From NCBI GenBank assembly GCA_019923695.1, contig JAHXGO010000003.1, positions 1 to 42,450 of the forward strand: DNA of 42,450 bases, given 5' to 3'. Shown piece after piece: positions 34,227 through 42,450 of this stretch. Below the pieces are notes generated by a model. It was given only the letters and a program-made list of their open reading frames with translations, had not been told where the DNA came from and searched no databases. Position 1 is the stretch's first letter. The number at the start of each line of letters is the position of its first letter. The DNA comes from Candidatus Liptonbacteria bacterium (lineage in GTDB: Bacteria > Patescibacteriota > Minisyncoccia > UBA6257 > Colwellbacteraceae). The translations under genes were made by a program, and so were the position numbers.

Positions 34227-34842
34227 ATTAAATTTAAGTGAAATATTGGACAACTTAATGAAAGAAAAGGGGTTTACTTTAGAAAGACTTTTGATAAACA
34301 CCAATATACCGAAAAGATACGCAACCGCTCTTTTAGAAAACGATTTAGACAAACTTCCGTCTTCGCCTTATGTAAGAGGATACCTTCTAAAAATCGCAAA
34401 AGTATTAAATGAAGACCCGGAGATTCTCCTAAAGGCCTACAAAGAACTCGCCTCTAAACGACCTGACAAAAACGATATTCTACCGATAAACAGATACGCC
34501 TTTAAAAAAACAAAAATCAGTTGGCAAAAAATAGCCATAATTTTAATCCTCGGTTTTTTGGGATTTTTATGGATAAATCATTTTTTCGGCGCTCCAAGAA
34601 TAAAAATAAATTTGGAAGAAAATATTACTTCAACCAATTCTCAAATTTTAACTATTCAAGGGTTAATTAACCCGCGAGACTCTTTATCTATAAATGAAGA
34701 AAATATTTTTATCAGCCCGGAAGGAGAATTTGAAAAAGAAGTTATACTCCAAAAAGGATTAAATACTTTTGAAATAAAAGCAAAAAGGTTTCTTGGTCGA
34801 GAAACAAAAATTATAAGACAAGTTTTCTACAGCGAACCATAA
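34219..34842 (+). CDS. RodZ-like HTH membrane protein
   Basis: N-terminal HTH with the LPSSPYVRGYLLKIAKVL signature, a single TM helix and a C-terminal beta-rich domain. Confidence 0.6.
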   Translation: MDKLNLSEILDNLMKEKGFTLERLLINTNIPKRYATALLENDLDKLPSSPYVRGYLLKIAKVLNEDPEILLKAYKELASKRPDKNDILPINRYAFKKTKISWQKIAIILILGFLGFLWINHFFGAPRIKINLEENITSTNSQILTIQGLINPRDSLSINEENIFISPEGEFEKEVILQKGLNTFEIKAKRFLGRETKIIRQVFYSEP

Positions 34843-34914
34843 ATTCGATATATCAAACAACCTACCGCTCGCTATAGCAAACTATAAATTAATATATTAC
34901 AATTTCATCTTGTT

Positions 34915-35958
34915 ATGAAAAAAGAGAAAAAAATCAAAGAAGAATCTGCCTTCGGCCACAAACAAACCGATGAATTGGATTCTTTAATAGAATCAATTAA
35001 TGAAAAATACGGCGAAGAATCAATAATGAAGCTGGGAGAAGAAAAAATAGCAAATGTCCCCGCTATATCCACTGGTTCGTTTTCTTTGGACGTGGCCTTG
35101 GGAGTCAATGGCCTTCCTCAAGGAAGGATAGTTGAAATTTTTGGTCCAGAAATGTCTGGAAAAAGCACTTTAGGACTTCACATAATCGCTGAAGCTCAAA
35201 AAAGGGGGTATAGGGCGGCTTTTATTGACGCGGAGCATGCTTTAGACCCTGAATACGCTAAAAAAATAGGAGTGAAAATATCAGAGCTTTTAATTTCTCA
35301 ACCAAACGACGGAGAAGAAGCATTAAATATTATGGAAAGTTTAGTCCGCTCCGGAATGATTGGAGTTATCATTGTCGATTCAGTCGCGGCTTTAACGCCC
35401 CGGGCGGAAATTGAAGGAGAAATGGGAGCCCAGTTTATCGGGCTTCAGGCAAGACTAATCAGTCAAGCAATGAGAAAAATAACGGCCTTGGCGGATAAGA
35501 CAAAAACTTTAATTATTTTTATCAACCAATTAAGAGAAAAAATTGGAATGATGGGATACGGAGAACCGACAACCACCCCCGGAGGCAGAGCTTTAAAATT
35601 TTATTCTTCGGTAAGAATTGATTTACGCCGCATTGCCCAAATTAAAAAAGGAGAGGAAGTTGTGGGTAATCGAACCCGGGCTAAAGTAGTAAAAAATAAA
35701 GTAGCCCCTCCTTTTAAAGTAGTGGAGTTTGATATTATTTACGGCAAAGGAATTTCTTATGCCGGAGACATACTTACTTCAGCCGTCAAATGCGGAGCAG
35801 TCTCAAAAACAGGAAATACTTATTCTTTTGAAGACAAAAAAATAGGAGTGGGTTTTGACACAGTAGTAAAATTTTTAGAAGAAAATACGGACTTAATGGA
35901 AAAAATAAAAAACCATTTAGACAAAATCTACAAAGAAGCGAAAAAAGAATTAGATTAA
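34915..35958 (+). CDS. recA: Recombinase RecA
   Basis: [19 protein letters not shown] and L2 loop [15 protein letters not shown]. Confidence 0.97.
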   Translation: MKKEKKIKEESAFGHKQTDELDSLIESINEKYGEESIMKLGEEKIANVPAISTGSFSLDVALGVNGLPQGRIVEIFGPEMSGKSTLGLHIIAEAQKRGYRAAFIDAEHALDPEYAKKIGVKISELLISQPNDGEEALNIMESLVRSGMIGVIIVDSVAALTPRAEIEGEMGAQFIGLQARLISQAMRKITALADKTKTLIIFINQLREKIGMMGYGEPTTTPGGRALKFYSSVRIDLRRIAQIKKGEEVVGNRTRAKVVKNKVAPPFKVVEFDIIYGKGISYAGDILTSAVKCGAVSKTGNTYSFEDKKIGVGFDTVVKFLEENTDLMEKIKNHLDKIYKEAKKELD

Positions 35959-36849
35959 TCAGTCGTTTAAATCAAAAAAATTCTCGAATATCTTAGCAAC
36001 TAAAATTGGGCCGGTGCCTCCGGGAACAGGAGTCCAAAAATTTAAGTCATTCTTTGGTTGTAAATTTTTAATTTGAGATAAATTAAAGTCTCCGGAAATT
36101 TTACCGCCTTCGTCTACTGAATAACCAAAATCAATAATTCCAGCGCCATTTTTTAATATTTCCTGCTTAATTAATCCTGATTTCCCAACGCCTGAAATAA
36201 CTAAATCAGCCTCCTTTAAAATATTAAAATCTCCGCCTTTATCCAAAAGAAAAATTTCAGGACATTTAGCAATCAACCAATTAACTACTGGTTTACCAAT
36301 TAAAAAACCTAGCCCGACTACGGCAACTTTTTTAGTACTTAAAAAATTGTTTACAATATCATCGCCATTATTATCTTGCTTATTTGTCTCCCCAGCAACA
36401 ACAAATTTAATTATTTCTTTAACCACACCAACTGACGGCGGCAAAATTCGACTTCTACCGGTATAAAAAGCGCCCAAAGCCCTTTCTCCCAAAACATCCA
36501 CATCTTTTTCTACGGGCAAAACATTTAAAAGATAATGACGATTTAAGCGCGAAGGTAAGGGTAATTGAATAATGGCGGCGCCGCAAGTTTTGTGTCTGAC
36601 TATTTTTCCGATTTCCCGCCGAAAAAAATCATTATTGAGGCCGCCCTTTGATTGTAAATCAAAAGAAAATTTATAAATCCTAAAATCTATTTTTAATTTT
36701 TCAGCAATCCGTTTTTTTTGCTCCAAAAAATGAACTGACGACGCGTCACTGCCAATTAAAAAAGCGGCAAAAAACTTTGAGGGCTTTTTTCTTGTTTTAA
36801 GTTTTTCTAAAATCTCGGCAGCAATTTGTAGGCCGTCAATTTTTAACAT
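35959..36849 (-). CDS. folD: Bifunctional methylenetetrahydrofolate dehydrogenase/cyclohydrolase
   Basis: IQLPLP, VVGLGFLIGKPV and TPVPGGTGP. Contains a ~20 aa insertion (GETNKQDNNGDDIVNNFLS). Confidence 0.88.
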   Translation of the reverse strand: MLKIDGLQIAAEILEKLKTRKKPSKFFAAFLIGSDASSVHFLEQKKRIAEKLKIDFRIYKFSFDLQSKGGLNNDFFRREIGKIVRHKTCGAAIIQLPLPSRLNRHYLLNVLPVEKDVDVLGERALGAFYTGRSRILPPSVGVVKEIIKFVVAGETNKQDNNGDDIVNNFLSTKKVAVVGLGFLIGKPVVNWLIAKCPEIFLLDKGGDFNILKEADLVISGVGKSGLIKQEILKNGAGIIDFGYSVDEGGKISGDFNLSQIKNLQPKNDLNFWTPVPGGTGPILVAKIFENFFDLND

Positions 36850-38014
36850 CAGAAAGTATGGTATAAATTCTTTTCGCGATTTTTTTCATATCGTTTTCTT
36901 TCATCCCTTGAGTTGTCACCGCCGGAACGCCAATTCTTATCCCCGAAGGATTAAAAGGAGAAGTGTCTCCCGGAACACTGTTTCGGTTAGCAGTAATGCC
37001 ATTTTTTTCCAAAAGTTTTTCAGCGATTAATCCATTAATATGAGAATTTTTATGACCGAAAGATGACTTAATGTCGATAAGAATCAAATGATTATCTGTC
37101 CCGCCCGTAATAAGATTAAATCCAAGACTTTTTAAAGAATCAGCTAAAACTTTAGCATTCTTAACAATCTGTTTTTGATATTTTTTAAAAGACGGTTTGA
37201 GAGCTTCGTAAAAAGCTTGCGCTTTAGCAGCGGTTACATTGTTATGCGGCCCTCCCTGAAGGCCGGGAAAAACCGCCTTATCAATCAAGTTAGCAAATTC
37301 TTTTTTACAAAAAATAACCGCGCTTCTTGGACCCCTTAAAGTTTTATGAGTTGTTGTTGTGACCACATCGGCGTAAGGAAACGGAGATTGATGCAATTTA
37401 GCGCTAACCAAACCGGCGATATGAGAAATATCAACCAAATGATAAGCGCCAACAGATTTGGCTATTTCGCCAAATTTTTTAAATTTTATTTCCCGAGAAT
37501 AAGCGGTCGCGCCTGAAACAATAATTTTAGGCCTAAATTTTTGAGCTAAGCTTTGAATCTCATTAAAATCCAGTAATCCATTTTTATCAGTGCCATACTG
37601 AATAAATTTAAAAAATCTGGAAACTAAAGAAACGGGATGACCATGAGTAAGATGGCCGCCACTAGAGAGCTTCATCCCTAAAATTTTATCTTTGGGTGTA
37701 GTTAAAGCCGAATAAGCGGCAAAGTTTGCCGAAGAGCCAGAATACGGCTGAACATTAACATGCCATTTATTAGGGCTAAGATTAAAAACTTTTAAGGCGT
37801 AATGTTGGGCTAGTTTTTCAATCTCGTCATAATATTGATTTCCGGGATAATAACGTCTTCCGGGATACCCCTCGGAATATTTATTAACCAAAGGGGAGCC
37901 TAAAATTTCCAAAATTTCCCGGGAAACAAAATTTTCAGAAGCAATAAGATTTATTTCTTTTTTTTGACGCTCTTTTTCTTTTTTTATTAAAAAATTAAGT
38001 TTTTTGTCCAACAT
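36836..38014 (-). CDS. glyA: Serine hydroxymethyltransferase
   Basis: PLP site TTTTHKTLRGPRS plus SENFVS and GYPGRRYY motifs. Confidence 0.96.
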   Translation of the reverse strand: MLDKKLNFLIKKEKERQKKEINLIASENFVSREILEILGSPLVNKYSEGYPGRRYYPGNQYYDEIEKLAQHYALKVFNLSPNKWHVNVQPYSGSSANFAAYSALTTPKDKILGMKLSSGGHLTHGHPVSLVSRFFKFIQYGTDKNGLLDFNEIQSLAQKFRPKIIVSGATAYSREIKFKKFGEIAKSVGAYHLVDISHIAGLVSAKLHQSPFPYADVVTTTTHKTLRGPRSAVIFCKKEFANLIDKAVFPGLQGGPHNNVTAAKAQAFYEALKPSFKKYQKQIVKNAKVLADSLKSLGFNLITGGTDNHLILIDIKSSFGHKNSHINGLIAEKLLEKNGITANRNSVPGDTSPFNPSGIRIGVPAVTTQGMKENDMKKIAKRIYTILSDVKN

Positions 38015-38021
38015 TTTTCAA

Positions 38022-38966
38022 TTAACCTCTGTTCAATAAATAAATGATATATAAAAAATAAAAAATAATAAACATAGCCCCCTGCCATCTTTCTAAAACA
38101 AATTTTTTACCGATAAACATAAAAATTATAAGGAACAAGGCTGATAAAATCGCTATTAAAATATCCGCGTAAAAAAAGGCCGGTATATTGCTGATAGGTT
38201 TAATAATGGCGCTTGCTCCTAAAATCATCAAAAAATTAACGATATTAGAACCAATGATATTTCCGACTGCGATTCCAGCTTCTTTTCGAAAAGCGGCAGT
38301 AACAGAAACAGCAAGCTCCGGTAAAGAAGTGCTTAATCCTATTAAAGTCAAAGCAATTAGCGATTCACTAATTCCAAACAAATCGGCAAAAACCATAGTT
38401 CCTTCAACAACCCATTTACCTCCAAAAATAACGCCTATTAATCCGGCTAAAATAATTAAAATGGCGACAGGTAGTGTAAAAAGCGCCGCCGGAAAACTAT
38501 CTTCGTCTTCAGGGCTATCCGGCTCTTTTAAAACCGAGTATAACCAAAAAGCGAAAATAACAAGCAATAAAAAACCTTCAAATCTATTTATCTCCAGATT
38601 AGAAAAGGGTAACAAGGCAAAAGCCGACACTATTACAATAGAAAAAACATGCAAAATCATATCTCTTTTAACCCAAAGCTTTTTCATCCGCAAAGGATAA
38701 ATTAAGGCCGCTAACCCCAAAATAAAAAAAATATTAAAAATACTGCTTCCAATAACAGTACCCAAAGAAATTTCATTATTACCGAATAAATTAGCAAGAA
38801 AAGAAATACTAAATTCAGGGATAGAAGTTCCAATCCCAACAATTGTCAATCCGATTATCCAAGGAGAAATTTTTAATTTATAAGCTAAAAAAGAAGCGCC
38901 GCTAACTATTAAATTGGCGCCCTTGACGAGAATAAAAAAACCAAAAAAAAATAAAAAATAAGTCAT
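38022..38966 (-). CDS. Ca2+/Na+ antiporter (CaCA family, YrbG-like)
   Basis: Two alpha-repeats (GTSIPEF and STSLPEL) and ~10 TM helices. Confidence 0.85.
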   Translation of the reverse strand: MTYFLFFFGFFILVKGANLIVSGASFLAYKLKISPWIIGLTIVGIGTSIPEFSISFLANLFGNNEISLGTVIGSSIFNIFFILGLAALIYPLRMKKLWVKRDMILHVFSIVIVSAFALLPFSNLEINRFEGFLLLVIFAFWLYSVLKEPDSPEDEDSFPAALFTLPVAILIILAGLIGVIFGGKWVVEGTMVFADLFGISESLIALTLIGLSTSLPELAVSVTAAFRKEAGIAVGNIIGSNIVNFLMILGASAIIKPISNIPAFFYADILIAILSALFLIIFMFIGKKFVLERWQGAMFIIFYFLYIIYLLNRG

Positions 38967-38998
38967 AAATATTACAAAAAAATATATATAAATATTTT

Positions 38999-39073
38999 TG
39001 GGGTGACCAACGGGAATTGAACCCGTATCGCCGCTTCCACAGAGCGGAGCTTTACCATTAAGCTATGATCACC
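38999..39073 (-). tRNA. tRNA-His (anticodon GTG) with genome-encoded G-1 and CCA
   Basis: Hand-folded: G-1 opposite C73, acceptor GTGATCA/TGGTCAC, anticodon loop CTGTGGA. Confidence 0.9.
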
Positions 39074-39092
39074 ATATTTTTATATAGTTTAT

Positions 39093-39120
39093 ATTATAGC
39101 GATTTAGTTCAATATAGCAA
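39093..39120 (-). promoter_or_regulatory. Promoter TTGCTA-16 nt-TATAAT, ~19 nt upstream of the tRNA-His 5' end
   Basis: Counted on the minus strand. Confidence 0.45.
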
Positions 39121-39235
39121 AATAAACTTTTTATATACACTTGATGCGATCGCAAAAGATGTATATAAAAACTTCATATGATTATAGCGAACTTCGAGTT
39201 CGATATATTGAACTAAAGTTCGATATATCAAAATT

Positions 39236-40327
39236 TTAACGAGAAATTAATTTTATAATAATTTTTCGACAATTATTCATTTTCATCCTCAAATTATCCG
39301 CTATCAAATAAAAAAAATATAAAGGAGAAAACGGAAGGTCATAAGCGCCAAAATACTCTATCTCTTCTCCTCTAAAACCCTTTTTAAAAAGACTAATTTT
39401 CGACCATGGATGATTGATTATTGCTTTGGGGGCGATACCCCAAAGGTCAAGTTTTTTATAACCTTCCTTTTTTAAATCTTTAATTATTTCCCAATATAAT
39501 AAATAATTCGGAAACTTATTATTCAGTTCCTTATCTCTGATTGAGCCGGCATAAAGCAGATAACCCTTTTCTCCAAAAGTCAAAACAATAACTCCCGCTA
39601 ATAAATTTTCTTTAAACCACGCCTGATAAAGACGAACGTGATCAGGCGCCATAGTTTCCCATACTTTTTCTATCTCTTTCCAAGTTCTTGATATAAACCC
39701 ACCACGCTTAGCAGTAATTAAACAAAGATTATGGACGCTCTTAAGAGAATCAATATCCGATAGACTGATGATTTTTTTTATTTCTGTATTTTCTCGTTCA
39801 GCCCGCTTAATTGAATAACGAGTGTCTTTATCAAAAGATTTTAAAATATCCTCTTCGCTTCTTGTTAAATCAACAATTGAAGTATTCCCGGGTTGAATTG
39901 ATTTGTTATTTTTTTTAAAACCAATTTTATTCAATACATCAGGTAAATTAAGCTTATCAGCTTCATCTTTTTTAATTGTCGGTTCAATTTTCCAAAATAA
40001 AAAACGCTTATTTTTAGAAATTTTAACAAGATATTCTTTAATACTTTTTAAAATCTCTCCAGTATCAGACTGGGAACCCTCCCAATTAATAACCGGCCCA
40101 TAAGGCGAATAAAGAATTCTGAAGTTAAAGGGCAATTTTTTGATTAAAATTTGAGCAGCGGCAACTTGTTTGTTTTCGCGATAAACCCCCAACCGTAAAG
40201 CTTCCCAGTTTTTACCTTTTTTAATCTCTCCCCATTCCCAGGATTGTAAAACATTAAAAAGAGAGTTTGCGGCAATAAACTCATTCCACTCTTTTCGTTG
40301 TTCTGACAAAAACTCTTTAACTTCCAT
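39236..40327 (-). CDS. FemAB-family peptidoglycan interpeptide-bridge aminoacyltransferase
   Basis: FemAB/MurM-like N-terminus (FNVLQSWEWGEIKK...W) and two GNAT-like halves. ATG at 40327 is preferred over the TTG at 40348. Confidence 0.8.
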   Translation of the reverse strand: MEVKEFLSEQRKEWNEFIAANSLFNVLQSWEWGEIKKGKNWEALRLGVYRENKQVAAAQILIKKLPFNFRILYSPYGPVINWEGSQSDTGEILKSIKEYLVKISKNKRFLFWKIEPTIKKDEADKLNLPDVLNKIGFKKNNKSIQPGNTSIVDLTRSEEDILKSFDKDTRYSIKRAERENTEIKKIISLSDIDSLKSVHNLCLITAKRGGFISRTWKEIEKVWETMAPDHVRLYQAWFKENLLAGVIVLTFGEKGYLLYAGSIRDKELNNKFPNYLLYWEIIKDLKKEGYKKLDLWGIAPKAIINHPWSKISLFKKGFRGEEIEYFGAYDLPFSPLYFFYLIADNLRMKMNNCRKIIIKLISR

Positions 40328-40368
40328 AGAATAATATTTTACCTTCAATCTAAATTTATGTTAATTTG

Positions 40369-40440
40369 TGCCTAGGCGGTGAATCGAACACCGGACGCCT
40401 TGCTCTTCAGGCAAGCGCTCTACCACTGAGCTACCTAGGC
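40369..40440 (-). tRNA. tRNA-Phe (anticodon GAA), CCA not encoded
   Basis: Hand-folded: acceptor GCCTAGG/CCTAGGC, anticodon loop CTGAAGA. Confidence 0.9.
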
Positions 40441-40640
40441 ATAATTAAAATTTATCTTATATCACCCTCCCTAAAATTACAATAACTTTCTAAATAAGAG
40501 ATAAAAATACTAACGCTCTTTAAAATTAATCTTAGATATTATACACTTATTCAGGTTTTTTTAAAAATCCCATAATTTAAATTCCCCCATATTTACTTCC
40601 TAAAAAATGATTATTGCAGATCAGATAATAAAATTAACAA

Positions 40641-40712
40641 CCCCTCGTAGTTCAATGGATAGAACGGGAATCTCCTAAGTTCTAAATGCAGGTTCGATTC
40701 CTGCCGAGGGGA
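40641..40712 (+). tRNA. tRNA-Arg (anticodon CCT), CCA not encoded, C1-G72 first pair
   Basis: Hand-folded: acceptor CCCCTCG/CGAGGGG, anticodon loop CTCCTAA. Confidence 0.8.
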
Positions 40713-40946
40713 TATAATAAAATGTAAAAAATAATAAAATCATTTGAACTTCTTAGTATCGCCTTTGTCGTTGATTCTTGCGTCAATGAATTGAAATCTG
40801 CTAAAATTTAAATGTTTTAATTCTCGTAGCTTCCGCTAAAGACAAGCTCATTCCCAGCGGATAACGAGTCTTATATTAAAATAAATTATTTTAGTATGAG
40901 GTAAATAAAACTGCGACGTTCATTTCCCAAATCCAATTTACTTAGC

Positions 40947-41018
40947 GTCCCCATAGTTCAATGGACAGAACGACTCCCTTCTAAGGAGTAGATCGAGGTT
41001 CGACTCCTCGTGGGGATA
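40947..41018 (+). tRNA. tRNA-Arg (anticodon TCT), CCA not encoded
   Basis: Hand-folded: acceptor GTCCCCA/TGGGGAT (G1-U72), anticodon loop CTTCTAA. Confidence 0.85.
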
Positions 41019-41085
41019 TTAAGCAAATCAAGCGGACAAGTAATTTTCGATAATAAAGAAAAATAATATAAATTAGAAATTTTAT

Positions 41086-41159
41086 CGGGCCGGCGTATGA
41101 TGGTGGTACGTCTGCTTTGGGAGCAGATAGACTGGGTTCGATTCCCAGCGGCCCGACCA
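41086..41159 (+). tRNA. tRNA-Pro (anticodon TGG), CCA encoded, C1-G72
   Basis: Hand-folded: acceptor CGGGCCG/CGGCCCG, anticodon loop TTTGGGA, discriminator A. Confidence 0.88.
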
Positions 41160-41321
41160 ACAACTCGAATTTTGACCGATAAGTCATTCACATATTATGA
41201 CACTCTCCACGACTAAAATCAGAAGATTCCCGGAATTACCCAAAAACTCTACCCAAATCTAAAGCCCGAAAATGTTATTTATATCAAAAAACCATTCGAC
41301 AACAAAATCAACTATGGCCTT

Positions 41322-41972
41322 TTAAATGGCTCTTTTAAACTCTTCTATTAAAGTGTGATATTTCCGATTAAGTTCGTTAATAGTCACCACTTCGTTGTTA
41401 ATTTTTTCTATTAATTCGCTTGTTTTTACTTCAGAAAACTCCGGGCTTAAACCCAAAAATTTATTTTTTAGGTTTTCTAAAAGAAGATTCCAATATTCGT
41501 TATAAATTAAAAGATGAGTAACTAAAGCAATCTCGCTTGAAATCGCCTGTATAATCAATTGTTGGGCTTTGGGGGACTTAATATCTTTTGCGCTGGCCGC
41601 CATTTTTTGAAGCTCATTCGAAAGAAGAAGGGCCTGCTCTCGTACTTGGTTATTTTTTTTAATTTCCTCGATCGTCATATAAAAAGCTTTTTCATAATTG
41701 CCGGCCTTATGTTCCAAATTTATTTCTTCAAGTTTTTTTACTGATTCATTAGTAGAATTAGTAATAAACCTCGAAATTTGAGAAGCAGCCGCATTAGCTT
41801 CAAGAAAAGAATCAGGTAAGTCTTCCTCTGTTTTAGCTTGCAACAATAAAAAAACAGCCGCAACTATTAAAAATATAATTAAAAAAACGGCAACAAAAAT
41901 ATTTTTATTTCTACGACTGAAAAACGACCCCCAGCCGGAGAATAACCTATTAATTCTAAAATTAAAAAACAT
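41322..41972 (-). CDS. Hypothetical membrane-anchored helical protein
   Basis: 216 aa. N-terminal TM helix (IFVAVFLIIFLIVAAVFLLL) followed by a helical ectodomain. No motif recognised. Confidence 0.55.
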   Translation of the reverse strand: MFFNFRINRLFSGWGSFFSRRNKNIFVAVFLIIFLIVAAVFLLLQAKTEEDLPDSFLEANAAASQISRFITNSTNESVKKLEEINLEHKAGNYEKAFYMTIEEIKKNNQVREQALLLSNELQKMAASAKDIKSPKAQQLIIQAISSEIALVTHLLIYNEYWNLLLENLKNKFLGLSPEFSEVKTSELIEKINNEVVTINELNRKYHTLIEEFKRAI

Positions 41973-42390
41973 TTATTTTATTTAATAATTCTATTAAATA
42001 TTCTAACATTGAGCAAGATATGCATATTAAACAGTATACTACTCACTATAACAAAAAAAACCTTGATATGTTAAATGTTCTGCGCGCTATAAAGCGCGAA
42101 TAGTCTCTATAATCTCCATAAAGAGGATTTTCCTTTATCTTTCTAATGAAATAAATAAATTTGCCTAATTGCTTTAAAAAATATACATTTAAGAAGGATG
42201 ATAATTTTAAAAAATTCCGTTAAAAGACGATAGACAAAACATTTGTTTAGATTGGACTTTTACAATAAATAGGATATTCAATGTATTAAACAATGCGCCA
42301 TTTATATATTAAATCTTTGATTTGTTATTATGAATGGTATATTGCTCAATATATCAAAACTTCGCTTTGTTATAGACAGTTTATATGAAC

Positions 42391-42450
42391 GCGGGTGTAG
42401 CACAGTGGTAGTGCATCTGGTTGCCAATCAGAGTACACGGGTTCGATTCC
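42391..42450 (+). tRNA. tRNA-Gly (anticodon GCC), 3' end beyond the window
   Basis: GCGGGTG acceptor, D-arm GCAC/GTGC, anticodon loop TTGCCAA, T-arm start ACGGGTTCGATTCC. Confidence 0.85.

Noticed and set aside
40850-40860. 11-mer ATTCCCAGCGG identical to the T-arm/acceptor junction of tRNA-Pro (41141-41151), as a possible att duplication
   Set aside because: It lies upstream, not downstream, of the tRNA 3' end. Nothing island-like lies between the copies and the match is short enough to arise by chance.
1-42450. CRISPR arrays, retrons, toxin-antitoxin pairs, restriction-modification or other recognisable defence systems
   Set aside because: I looked for regularly spaced direct repeats, reverse transcriptase, Cas-like, PIN/HEPN/MNT and methyltransferase motifs and saw none. 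The only tandem repeats are 2-3 units long.

Overview
Low-GC, gene-dense bacterial chromosome segment (standard genetic code). The content looks like a CPR/Patescibacteria (Parcubacteria-like) genome: small housekeeping genes, type IV pilus machinery, ComEC, a FemAB-type transferase and a class II RNR. That taxonomic call is inference. Order of content: (1) a type IV pilus assembly block (prepilin-peptidase-like 3' end, pilB, pilC, a large prepilin-type protein, a PilX-like protein and a PilM fused to a PilN/O-like tail); (2) housekeeping genes pth, lepB, hisS, HIT, rpsU, yqeY, ybeY, ftsA, ftsZ, nrdJ; (3) tRNA-Asn followed by a 1.65 kb minus-strand insertion (small HTH-like protein, frameshifted P-loop NTPase, NUDIX hydrolase) whose genes carry AAAGGA-type Shine-Dalgarno sites that the surrounding genes lack; (4) comEC in two frames, aspS without the GAD insertion, ndk; (5) a promoter-to-terminator ~130 nt structured RNA candidate; (6) PIG-L deacetylase, lemA-htpX, a frameshifted stand-alone GGDEF cyclase and a DUF4870-like membrane protein; (7) tRNA-Ser followed by a ~3 kb accessory stretch: a ~260 nt GC-rich ORF-free structured segment, dispersed palindromes, an rve-transposase relic, a frameshifted XRE HTH, a 285-aa double zinc-ribbon protein of unknown function and two higher-GC exported proteins; (8) cysteine desulfurase, two RNase H-fold nucleases, ftsK, a rodZ-like gene, recA, folD, glyA, a CaCA antiporter, femAB and seven more tRNAs. 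I did not find a recognisable defence system, CRISPR array, retron or DGR. The best candidates for something undescribed are the two tRNA-adjacent accessory segments, the two unassigned structured RNA regions and a dispersed palindrome family with compensatory substitutions. Four gene disruptions lie at or next to short mononucleotide runs, so assembly error must be excluded before any biological reading.
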